From Octopus sinensis (taxonomy: Eukaryota): a stretch of 64,000 bases of DNA. How positions within the stretch are numbered: position 1 is the stretch's first letter; each line of letters starts with the position of its first letter. Where the stretch lies: positions 8,308,001 through 8,372,000 of the forward strand of contig NC_043014.1 of the NCBI RefSeq assembly GCF_006345805.1, in the 5' to 3' direction. The notes below the pieces were generated by a model. It was given only the letters and a program-made list of their open reading frames with translations, made no database searches and was not told the DNA's origin. The position numbers and the translations under genes were made by a program. This document shows positions 1 through 11,208 of the stretch, one piece after another.

Positions 1-346
1 ATATAAAATTGAGACCAGTAATTAAAAGTCTGATGTTTGGTACAGAAAAAATTCTATTTGGTTTTAACCTGCTAAAATATATAAAAATTTGCAAACTGTT
101 TTGTTTACAGTAGGAAGATAGGCAAAACCACTTCTGTAAAGTGTCTCACCTGGTTGTATGCTGTGTTCCTCACAAAATCATTTCAGTATTGATAGCCTAG
201 TCTACTTCACTATAATCATCATCATAATAGGTAGTATTTTGTTATTATTAAATTCTCTGTGGCTTAGTTAAGTAAAAGATTGGTGTGAGAAAAATGAATG
301 AAATCAGAGAACTTGATCAAATGCTTGCAACAGACTGGACGCATAG

Positions 347-404
347 TGTCCGGTGGTGGTGGTGTTAGACTTGGTGACAGATTATGTCTACCTCTCAAGA
401 GCAG
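347..404 (+). CDS. Candidate host exon A (CPVVVVLDLVTDYVYLSRA+g), protein unidentified
   Basis: 58 nt between CATAG| and |GTACAC; ends in phase 1, compatible with exon B. The acceptor lacks a pyrimidine tract, so the 5' boundary is doubtful. Confidence 0.3.
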
Positions 405-712
405 GTACACTTCTCTAAAATCTACCATAAAGCTTTATATACAGGTCTTTTGCTTGAGGAGCTATACAGTAGAATTCAACGTATAATGATGCAATTGTGA
501 AGTGAAACATATGACCGTGCTTGTCTCAATAATTTTTGGGGAAATATATACTAAGTTTGCAAGCATCATACTAACAACCATTTTATCTTGCAATACTGAA
601 TTTTAATCATCCCGAGTATGTAACTAGAAGAGGGACAAACATATGGGTGCTTGTGATTATGTGAGGCTATAATTGATGGGTTTTGTTGCATTTAGTTTTA
701 TTATCCTACCAG

Positions 713-771
713 GTTTTGTATGCCCTGAGATCTTTGATGGTAACCAGAGTGCAAGAGTACAAATTGATAAA
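713..771 (+). CDS. Candidate host exon B (GFVCPEIFDGNQSARVQIDK), protein unidentified
   Basis: Pyrimidine-rich acceptor TTTTATTATCCTACCAG|, donor |GTATGT at 772, open frame, non-repetitive sequence. Confidence 0.45.
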
Positions 772-855
772 GTATGTCGAACGTTGAGATTCCAGAGAAT
801 TTGTACAAATAGCCTGGCACAGATGATACTCTATATACATATATATACATATACA

Positions 856-902
<47 letters not shown>

Positions 903-1109
903 ATAGATATTATATACATACATAAATACAATTATATATACACATGCGCACACACACATACATATATACATGCTCATATATAATTATATATATATATGTG
1001 CGTGAATATATATGTATATATACATATATAAACATGTATATATGTATGTACATATATTTAAAAGTCATGGAATTAGTGAATGTATTTACTTTTGGATTTT
1101 TCTTTGTAG

Positions 1110-1154
1110 GGTGACGCCAAAAGTCTTTCAGGAGAATCCAATAATTTTGAATAA
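1110..1154 (+). CDS. Candidate terminal exon C (GDAKSLSGESNNFE*)
   Basis: Strong acceptor TTTTTCTTTGTAG| in phase 0 with exon B, TAA at 1152-1154, AATAAA near 1246. Confidence 0.3.
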   Translation, partial: GDAKSLSGESNNFE

Positions 1155-1491
1155 ATGTTTATTTATAATATTCTTGCTCTCCCTAATCTAATAAGGGACA
1201 ATTGTAAATATGTGTGCTTCAAAGGATTCAAAAAAATTTAATTTAAATAAACATTTTTTTTTTAACAAAAAAATTGATGTTTTTGAAATATTTGCTTTAT
1301 TTTACTCTCAGACAATTTATTTTCTTTTTTCTTCCTTGTTTCATATCTTCCATTGTAGGGGACACCACAGAGTAAGAGGGGACTACTGACAAATCGTGCT
1401 CATAACTTAAATTACAACCCTAATTAAAAACTGCACTGTTAATTTTAAGTCATTGGTTCTGTATGCTGAATGTCATTGCAATTGTGATAGT

Positions 1492-1980
1492 GACGTCCTT
1501 CGGTCAAGAATGACCATGGAATTGCACCTAGAAAGTTACCCTCCGAGGTACAAGTCTGGGCAAGGTTGCTGATGGAAGACCTGCAGTTGCCAATGCATAC
1601 CAGCCTCCCCTCTCCGTGCCACTGATGTTAACCAACGGAAAGGCAAAGGCCGATACAGGATGGCACGATTGACATCGCAGCTCATTTAACGTGCAAGTGG
1701 CTGAGCACTCCACAGACACGTGTACACTTAACGTAGTTCTCAAGGAGATTCAGCGTGACACAGAGTGTGACAAGGCTGGCCCTTTGAAATACAGGTACAA
1801 CAGAAACAGGAAGAAAGAGTGAGAGAAAGTTGTGGTGAAAGAGTACAGCAGGGTTAATCACCTACCCCTGCCAGAACCTCGTGGAGCTTTAGGTGGTTTC
1901 ACTCAATAAACACTCACAATGCCCGGTCTGGGAATCAAAACCGCGATCCTACGACCGCAAGTCCGCTGCCCTAACTACTG
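1492..1980 (-). mobile_element. tRNA-derived SINE, family C head with tail type 1
   Basis: Minus strand begins with a tRNA-like head (AGTAGTTAGGGCAGCGGACTTGCGGTCGTAGGATCGCGGTTTTGATTCCC); the same head occurs at about 2.9, 23.7 and 55.2 kb. Confidence 0.75.
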
Positions 1981-2663
1981 GATGTCATACTGCTGATGTA
2001 AAAGATTATATTGGAAAATTGGTTTCATCATTATTCTCATCGTTTTACTGTCCATTTTTACATAGGTTAGATGGTATTCATTGAAGCATATGTTTTTACA
2101 GCAAAATGCCATTCCTTGCCTGTTTTCAAGCAAAGAAGTTTTTCCCCATGCCTGGACATGCTTTTATGGAAACAAAGGACATCTATGTTAGGATACACAA
2201 AAACACAGTATATCTGTGTGTGCTTAGATACATGCATGCCTACATACATACATAATTCATACACGCATGCATGTATCCATACATACATAGACACACACTC
2301 ACACACACACATCAGACTGGAGTCTGGTGCAGCCTTCCAGCCTACCAGTCCTGGTCAAACTGTCCAACCCATACATGGACAACAGGCATTAAATGATGAT
2401 GATATAAACAAACAAACAGACTTCTTTCTGTTTCTGCCTTCTAAATCTACTCATAAGGTTTTGGTCAACTGAAGAACATAGTAGAAGACACACAAGGTGC
2501 CACACAGTGGGACTGAACCCGAAACTAAGTGATTAGAAAGCATTTTTTTTTAACCACACAACCATTAGTAACATTTTTCAGTAATGTTAACATGATATAT
2601 ATGTTTTTACTAGGGGTATTAGCAACATCTGGGAAATCCAAATTATCTTGCAGTTTTCATAAA

Positions 2664-2900
2664 CACGTGGCTTAGTGGTTAGGGTGTCAGCATCATGATC
2701 GTAAGATTGTGGTTTCGATTCCTGGACTGGGCAACTCATGTTCTTGAGCAAAGCACTTCATTTCACATTGCTCCAGTCCACTCAGCTGGCAAAAATGAGT
2801 AACGCTGCGATGGACTAGCGTCCCGTCCTGCTGGGGAACACATACGCCATAGAAACCAGGAAACCGGGCCCATGAGCCTGGCTAGGCTTTAAAATGGCGC
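2664..2900 (+). mobile_element. tRNA-derived SINE with MetaSINE-like core
   Basis: tRNA head (TGGCTTAGTGGTTAG...GGTTTCGATTCC) and core CTGCGATGGACTAGCGTCCCGTCC...GAAACC, resembling the Meta domain from memory; near-identical copy at 24425-24690. Confidence 0.7.
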
Positions 2901-3122
2901 AGTGGACTTGCAGACGGAGGATCGCGATTTTGATTCCCAGACCAGGTGTTGTGTGTGTTTATTGAGCAAAAACACCTCAAGCTCCACGAGGCTCTGGCAG
3001 GTGGCGACCCCTGTTGAGTAACGCTGCGATGAACTGGCGTCCCGTCCAGCTGGGGGGAAAACATACGGCACAGAAACAGAAACGGGCCCATGAGCCTGGC
3101 TAGGCTTTAAAAGGGCGCATTT
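2901..3122 (+). mobile_element. Chimeric SINE: family C head fused to Meta-like tail
   Basis: 5' part matches the family C head (GATTCCCAGACC...AAGCTCCACGAGGCTC); 3' part matches GAGTAACGCTGCGATG...GAGCCTGGCTAGGCTTTAAAA of the adjacent element. Confidence 0.65.
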
Positions 3123-3354
3123 ATTTTTTTATTTTTTTCATTAACACAGACTGTTTTCAGTCTCTCACAATAAAAACTTCTAACATAGGGACAAAGTCAG
3201 AAATTTGAGGATTTGTCAATTATATCAACTCCAGTGCTTGACTAGTGCCTTATTTTCGTGATACTAGAAGGATGATAAGCAAAGTTGGTTTCAGTGAGAT
3301 TTGAATTCAGAATATAAAGAGCTGGCATTTTGTCCAGTACTCTGCTGAATCTTA

Positions 3355-3905
3355 TTTCTTTACTGTCCACAAGGGGCTACACACAGTGGGGACAAAGAAG
3401 GACAGACAAACGGATTAAGTCAATTATATCGACCCCAGTGCCTAACTGGTACTTATTTAATTGACCCCAAAAGGATGAAAAGCAAAGTCAACCTCAGCAG
3501 AATTTGAACTCAGAACGTAGCAGCAGATGAAATACTTGTTTCTTTACTACCCACAAGGGGACAAACAAGGACAGACAAACGGATTAAGTCAATTATATCG
3601 ACCCCAGTGCGTAACTGGTACTTATTTAATTGACTCTGAAAGGATGAAAAGCAAAGTCGACCTCGGTGGAATTTGAACTCAGAACGTAGCGGCAGACAAA
3701 ATACTTATTTCTTTACTACACACAGTGGGGACAAACAAGGACAGACAAACAGATTAAGTCGATTACATCGACCCCAGTGCGTAACTGGTGCTTATTTAAT
3801 CAACCTCGAAAGGATGAAAAGCAAAGTCGACCTCGGTGGAATTTGAACTCAGAACGTAGCGGCAGACGAAATAAGCATTTTGCCCGGTGTGCTAATGTTT
3901 CTGCC
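3355..3905 (-). mobile_element. SINE family B, tandem multimer (about 3 internal units of about 170 bp)
   Basis: AAGGATGAAAAGCAAAGTC recurs at 3471, 3640 and 3810; B-box GAGTTCAAATTC on the minus strand in each unit. Confidence 0.8.
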
Positions 3906-4133
3906 TGTGTACGGCCATTCCTAATGGTTTGTTACATAGACACAAGGCCTGAAATCTGGAGGTAGGGGTATAATCATTTATATTAATCCCAGTGCTTGAC
4001 TGGGGGTTATTTTATCGAGCTTGAAAGGACAAAAAGTTGACTGGAGCAAGATTCGAACTTGCAATATAAAAAGCCAGAACAAAAACGGTAAGGCACCTTC
4101 CCCAACACTCAAATCTTCCAATCCACCACCCTT

Positions 4134-4323
4134 ACTCTCTTTTACTTGTTTCAGTCATTTGACTGCGGCCATGCTGGAGCACCACCTTTAGTCGAGCAAA
4201 TCGACCCTGGGACTTATTCTTTGTAAGCCCAGTACTTATTCTATCAGTCTCTTTTGCCGAACCGCTAAGTAACGGGGACATAAACACACCAGCATCGGTT
4301 GTCAAGCAATGCTAGGGGGACGA

Positions 4324-4356
<33 letters not shown>

Positions 4357-4521
4357 CATATATACGACAGACTTCTTTCAGTTTCCGTCTACCAAATCCA
4401 CTCACAAGGCATTGGTCGGCCCGGGGCTATAGCAGAAGACACTTGCCCAAGATGCCACGCAGTGGGACTGAACCCGGAACCATGTGGTTGGTAGCAAGCT
4501 ATTTACCACACAGCCACTCCT
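4134..4521 (-). mobile_element. SINE family A (tRNA head, CORE-like block, internal (TA)/(CA) tract, AAAGAG tail)
   Basis: Full-length copy. Other copies at about 5365-5700, 26533-26913, 29655-29990, 38345-39060, 43565-44012, 49479-50040, 51967-52366 and 59932-60350. Confidence 0.85.
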
Positions 4522-5762
4522 CAAAAATAGCTGTTTTTAATATAGGCACAAGGCCAGAAATTTATAAGGAGAGTTTAATTGATTCAAATGACCCCAGTAC
4601 TTGACTGGTATTTTATTATATCAACCTCACAAAAATAAAAAGAAAAGTTGACCTTGGTGAGACTTGAACTCAGTGTAAAAGGAAACATTCAAATTCTGCC
4701 AAGCAACAATAATAAATTCTGACATTGACACAAAGTCATAAATTGGTTTGTGAGGATGTAGTTTACTAAATAGACTCTGATAGTTTATGTATGAGGCTTT
4801 ATCAAAAGTTCCTGGACCAGTTCTGTAGCACATCAGCAGATGACAGCCGAAGGTTGCATGCATGGTGAGATCTAGCAGTTACTCGTTTTTGCCAGCTGAG
4901 TGAACTGGAGCAATGTGAAATGAAGTGCTTTGTTCAGGAACACGAGTTGCCCGGTCCAGGAATCGAAACCACAATGAGAACTCGGAGATTTGTTAGAAAT
5001 AGCAGTCAGGTGCCATAAGTCTCTGTTTGTGAATGTAAGTATATCGTGCAAAACAGCATAATTTTCATCGTTTTTTCCTGTTATCAGTTCTGTTCAAGCA
5101 TGATTCATCTATCGTTAGTCTTCATCATTATTCATGTCAGTCAATTACAAGTGTAATGCTAATGGTGCCTGGCATCTATAAGCTTGCCTTGCATGCTGGG
5201 TCATCATCATTTTGTGGTTGTTTGGATGTAGGCTGTGTTCTATGCTAGTTCGACTATTCAAGGGTCACCATTTTGTAGTGTGTTTGTTGTCGGAGTTTCC
5301 ATTTTATAGTTGTTTATTATGAGGTATTCGGAAGTCGACATTTTATATTTATGCCTATTTTTATGCATGCCTGTGTGCTAAGATGTTTGGTTCTCAACCA
5401 CATGGTTCCGGGTTTAGTCTCATGTGGCATCTTTAGTAAGTGCCTTCTATACGCCCCGGGCCGACCAATGCCTTGTGAGTGGATTTGATTGACGGAAACT
5501 GAAAGAAGCCCGTCGTATGTATGTGTCTCTCTCCCCGACCCACCCCGCTTGGTAAACTTCATTTGTTTACACCCCCATAACTTAGCAGTTCGGCAAAAAT
5601 GAACGATAGAATAAGCGGGTTGATTTGTTCGATCAAAACCCTTCAAGACGGTGCTTCAAGTGTAGCCGCAGTTCGATGACTGAAAAAAGTAACTAAAAAA
5701 ATAAAAAATCATGAATTATTGTAGCTTCAATTAGTTTCTGAAACAGTATCTCTTATCTTATC

Positions 5763-8700
5763 TCTTAGGATCAAAGGCAGATTTTTCTCTGCCTGTTACC
5801 ATGTTCGTTTTTAATACAATTCTACAATATAGAATTTCTTCAATTGGAATTTACCTATGATTTTTCGAAGTAGATTCGATTGGGTCATGGCATATAAAGT
5901 TTTTTTCAATTTGACCCCCAATTAAGCAAAAATTTGAGAAAAGTAAATATTTTACGATTTGCCTCTCTCATTTCAAGTGCTTTACTCCTGCTATTACCAA
6001 CACACTTTCTCCTACTTTCTCTTTGCAAGTGAAAGTGAAAGTATTATATAACAGGGATGAGCCATTAATAGTGGTCATCCTTTTTGCTAGAGGAAGATCT
6101 GCTATGGTCTTATATGCTACACCACTGGTTTTCAATTCATATTAATCAAATTAATATTCAATTTTTCACCCTTATTATGTGTGTGTGTGTGTTAGCAATT
6201 CATATAAAATTGCATCAATGACTTGAACTTGAATAAGTGGTTTCACATAAATGGGGATAAATTAAAAAGGTTTGTTCATCATCATCATCGTTTAACGTCC
6301 GTTCTCCATGCTAGCATGGGTTATTACTGTTTGACTATTGTAATCACGTTTGTTGGTTCCTCGTCAGGGAGACATTGTTGTGTTGCATTTGTTAAATAAT
6401 TGTAAACCGTAACCCTCCCCCTTTCAGAGAAGGGGCTTTGGTTATTGTTTAAAAATTGAATTGTGTCCCTGTTTGGGGAAATTGACAATATTTTCACCGT
6501 CTTTACGGAAGCATTTTTGTTAAAATGCCTTCGATAGAAGAAAGTCCAAAAATGGATTTCGCTGCAGCTGTACACTTCTATACAAGAGGGAGGACAAGAT
6601 CCAATTGATCGAAATTGCAAGAGACGGGCCTACAATTCCAGTCTGTTATATATTTTGAGTATTGTTATCACTAGAGATATCAAGATATAACTTTATATTT
6701 TGTATTTTATGTGTAGATGTATATATATAGATGTACATGTAATATGTACACATATATATACACATAACCCATGCTAGCATGGAAAGCGGACGTTAAACGA
6801 TGATGATGATGATGATGATGATACATGCATAATATATCTACCCATACACACATACGCACACACACACACATACATAGGGGCAGGTGTGGCTGTGTGGTAA
6901 CAAACTACGTTCCAAACACATGGTCCTGGGTTCAATCCCACTGTGTGGTGACTTGGCATGTGTCTTCTGCTGTAGCTTCAGACCAACAAAAGCCTTCTCA
7001 GTGGATTTTGTACATATATACAGGCATATATACATATATATACATGTATACGTACATATTCAGCATAAACACTCTACCACTACAACTAATAACTGTTGGG
7101 AACACTTTCAAACCTGCCTTACATTCGAACCAGAATCTCAAAAACATTGTCCCCTTCAGCGCCAAGCTCAACTGCTCTATCCTGACATGGAGGGTATCAG
7201 CAATGAAATCTATAACAAAACACTCATTGACATTGAAGACTGAATTGCTAAACTGGGTGGAAATGAATTGTCGACATATGGCCTGTCACAAGCATTCAGG
7301 TCAGGGTCAAATAGCCTTCCCACTGCTGTCATTCGTGAAACAACCTACGACACTCAAGCGCTTTCAAAGTACATTGTTGAAAATGAGCCTAAATTACTTC
7401 CAGACCAGCTGCAGGCCTACAGAACTATTCTTAACAGTGTACGCCAACACGAGGGACGAATCTTCTTCCTCGATGCTCCTGGAGGGACAGGAAAAACATT
7501 TATTACAAACCTTCTCCTTGCAAAAGTTAGGTACCATCAGGACATTGCAGTAGCTGTAGCCTCCTCTGGCATTGCAGCTACTTTGTTACCCGGTGGCAGG
7601 ACAGCACACTCAACTTTTAAACTCACTCTCAATTTAGCAGCATCCGAAATGCCTTCATGCAACATCAACAAAAGCTCAGATCACGGACAAGTACTTAAAA
7701 TGTGTTATGTAATTGTCTGAGATGAGTGCACTATGGCTCACAAGGGAGCTTTGGAAGCATTAGATAGAGCCCTGAAAGACATCCGAGACTGTCAGGCTCC
7801 AATGGGAGGTGTAACGCTTCTGTTGTCAGGTGATTTCAGGCAAACTCTTCCTGTCATTCCGAAAGGCACTAGAGCTGATGAAGTTCAAGCATGCCTAAAG
7901 TCCTCTACCTTGTGGCATCATGTTACAATCTTTAGTCTCACCACTAACATGAGAGCTCAGCTACACGGCGACAAATGTCCACAAAGTTTGCACAGGACAT
8001 TTTGACACTTGGTGAAGGCAAGATGCTTCTCGATGCTGCAGGACAAATGGAAGTGTGGTCATTTTCCTCTGTTGTTAATTCTGTAGATGACCTCAAAAAC
8101 AAAGTCTTTCCCAACTTCACACAAAACTACCAAAATCACAATTGGCTGTGTGAAAGAGCAATATTAGCTCCAAAAAACGTCGCTGTTAACAAAATTAATC
8201 AACAGCTAATGCATTTTCTTCTCGGCACTATACACACTTACAAGTCTGTTGATACAATTCCAGATATAAATGAAGTTGTGAACTATCCTCCTGAATTTCT
8301 CAATTCACTGGACCCTCCTCGACTACCTCCACACATATTATCACTTAAAGTTGGAACTCCTGTAATGCTACTCCGCAATCTGGAACCACCAAGACTTTGC
8401 AATGGAACACGACTGGTGATAAAGAAAATGATGTCACACGTTATCGAGGCGATCATTCTTTCTTGATGTGGAAAAGGTGATGACGTCTTTATTCCAAGAT
8501 TTCCTCTTACTCCATCAGGAGCAGAAATTCCATTTACATTCAGAAGACTGCAATTCCCCCTTCGTGTCAGCTTTGCCATGTCCATTAACAAATCTCAGGG
8601 TCAAACCCTCTCCGTAGCTGGTCTTCTCTTGGAAGAGCCCTGCTTCTCGTATAGGCAACTGTATGTTGGCTGCTCAAGAGTAGGAACCAAAAGAAACCTT

Positions 8701-8946
8701 TTTGTATATGCTCCACAAGGAAAAACAAGGAACATTGTTTACAACGAGGTGTTATAATCTCAACAGCCAGGAGATATATACATGATCTCCTTTTTTTTAA
8801 CAAACTTCATGTACTTTCATGTATTTATATTAATATACATATATTTGTGTGTGTGTGTGTGTGTGTATCCATATATATATATATATAACAGAAAAGTCTA
8901 ATTCTTCTATTGAATGTAACCGGGCAACGCCGGGTATCTCTGCTAG
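5763..8946 (+). mobile_element. Helitron (decayed, interrupted), from putative 5' TC end to 3' hairpin-CTAG end
   Basis: Contains Pif1-type helicase remnant; 3' end CCGGGCAACGCCGGG hairpin then CTAG (8943-8946); 5' segment TCTTAGGATCAAAGGCAGATTT... repeated at 8947. The 5' assignment is inferred. Confidence 0.7.
7165..8757 (+). pseudogene. Helitron RepHel C-terminal Pif1-family (SF1B) DNA helicase, disrupted by stops and a frameshift
   Basis: Motifs FFLDAPGGTGKT, VASSGIAATLLPGGRTAHSTFK, V*DEC, LLSGDFRQTLPV, ERAILAPKN, LLRNLEPPRLCNGTRL, FAMSINKSQGQTL, QLYVGCSRV; in-frame TGAs near 7241, 7718 and 8464, frameshift near 7975. Confidence 0.93.
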
Positions 8947-9945
8947 TCTTATGATAAAAGGCAGATTTTCTCTGCCTGTTACCATGTTTGTTTTTAATAC
9001 AATATACAATTTCTTCAATTGGAATTTACCTATGATTTTTCGAAGTAGATTCGATTGGGTCATGGCATATAAAGTTTTTTCAATTTGACCCCCAATTAGG
9101 TAAAAATTCGAGAAAAGTAAATATTTTACGATTTGCCTCCCTAATTTCAATTGCTTCACTCAAACTATTACCACACTTTCTGCTACTTTCTCTTTGCAAG
9201 TGTACACACACATAGACACGCAAACATATACATATACGATTGCCTCTCTCATTTCAAATGCTTTCCTCCGTTTTTTTTCGAGAAGTTCTTTTGAAGTTGG
9301 TGTGGATCGGAAGCATTGTTGTACATGTGTGCATGCATGAGTGTGTGTGTGTGTCTGTGTTTGATGGGGTGTGCGACACAGAAAGTGTGGTGTGTAAGTG
9401 AAGTGCTTTTGCTAGTGTGTGTAAAGAGACAGAGAGAGTAATGTTGTACTGTGTGTGTATGTGTGAAAGACAGAGATAACTGAACTTTTTTTATTCACTT
9501 TTTGTAGTGAGTGACTGAGAGAGAAAAGAAGAGAGGTTATGTATGTATATATGAATGTATGGCTTCAGTGACACACACACAAAAACACATATCTACGTAC
9601 ACCTAAAGCATGCACACACACACACAAACGGAGCGCGAACTTCAAAAGAACTTTGCGCTCTATCTATCTGGTTTGCCATTCCTCACACGCACACATACAC
9701 ACGCAAACATATACATATATGACAGTGACAAATACAAACGTTTTAAACAACTACATACAAACACTCAAACACACACAGAAGTGTGTGTTTGTTATTAGTA
9801 AAAAGTTTCCAAACACAATTCACTTTCTCATTCGAACACATTTGCAAACACACACCGACGGTCGAATTGCCATAACTCAACAGAAAAGGTAAATTGGTTT
9901 TTAATTTACTTTCTGTCGCTAAATTTTGGTAGTATTAATTGGAGA
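8947..9945 (+). mobile_element. Second Helitron-type 5' segment fused to the preceding CTAG end
   Basis: 8947 to about 9200 closely matches 5763 to about 6030 (GGCAGATTTTCTCTGCCTGTTACCATG...CTTTGCAAGTG); 3' end not identified. Confidence 0.55.
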
Positions 9946-10193
9946 GCGGGATCTTTTCTTTTTGACGGAATTTTCTAGTTAACTAAACAATTTGAAACTT
10001 CGTATACTGAAACATTATTGTAAACAAAATTGAAAACAAAATTGTACTTCAGTTGTCAATTGATGAAAGAAAGAATTTGGAAGCTAAGAAGGTGTGTGTG
10101 TGTGTGTGTAGGAAGTGAAGGATAAAAATATGGCAAGAAGTGGACAGATGTACATATATACATACATACATGTGTGTGTATGTATGTGTATTA

Positions 10194-10577
10194 TCTCTAT
10201 ATAAAGCTGAAGTTGTCTGTGTGCGGCAGGTTTGGTAGCCTTCAACTAACACTATCTCCTCCGAGACCCTGTGGCGCAAGTTGACCAAAATTGAGAGGAT
10301 GATAGAAGGGTTGCTCTTCCTTCCGTAGAAGATAAAATTCAAATCGGACCATGTTAACACCAAAAATTATTTACATCAAAAAGCTGCTTTTTTCTATGAA
10401 AATCCCTATTTTTTACCATTTTTTCACTGCTGTGTCACCACGTTTCGGTGTATTTCAACCAGAAAAATGTTCAATTGAACACAATAACAAGCTACATAAT
10501 GCAAAATTTTTACTTTTCAAAAATTCCAATTCCAGCGGGTCGAAACAAACCCAAGCAACACCGGGCGATACTGCTAG
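10194..10577 (+). mobile_element. Non-autonomous mini-Helitron
   Basis: A|TCTCTATATAAAG start, subterminal CCAAGCAACACCGGG (decayed version of the 8920 hairpin), CTAG|T end, inserted at an A-T dinucleotide. Confidence 0.75.
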
Positions 10578-10802
10578 TATATATATATATATATATGTTT
10601 TAACTTTAAATTTTCACACGAAGGATAATTATCCTCTTTAATACAAATATTCAGTGAGGGGTGATGAAACGATTCTTCAGGTGATCCCGTAGTTTTAGAT
10701 GTACTACGTCTGAATAAAAGGCGGGATTATCAATCACAAATGAAACATCTTTCATAATATAAGATCTACTCAATCAATCAAGGCTAAAACAAGATTTTAA
10801 GG

Positions 10803-11208
10803 GGATCTTTTCGGTTTGAACGGCATTTTTTTCTAGCGGTGTCATATGAAATTGTCACCCATAATTATGACCCTAGTATCGATCTATTGCATTTCAATCT
10901 GTTTTAGGGTTAGGGGTGGAGGGAAGGGTATCTTTTTTTCTTCAGAAATGTAAATAAACCCAATCTGTTTCTTAAACGAGGGACATATTCATACGGCACA
11001 GAATGTTTTCACCTCAATAGACGTCATTGATTGGTTGAAATTGAAGAAAAAAAAAACAAAACAAGTATCTTACAAACTATAGAATTTTCTCAATAAAGCC
11101 AAGAGAAAAAGATGTTTTATAAACACATTCTACCAGTATACGAAGTTTAAAAGTGTTTAGTTACGTGGAAATTATTTTAAAAAACTGCCGTTCAAACCGA
11201 AAAGATCC
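10803..11208. mobile_element. MITE with 23-bp TIRs (GGATCTTTTCGGTTTGAACGGCA)
   Basis: TIR at 10803-10825 and exact reverse complement at 11186-11208; second full copy inverted at 39524-39959; related end near 9948. Confidence 0.85.

Noticed and set aside
2664-2740. tRNA genes (also heads at 1.9, 23.7, 24.4 and 52.0 kb)
   Set aside because: A/B boxes present but no complete cloverleaf; they continue into SINE bodies.
7268-8466. Host PIF1 helicase gene
   Set aside because: Intronless, multiple stops and a frameshift, Helitron-type motifs and a Helitron 3' terminus 190 bp downstream.
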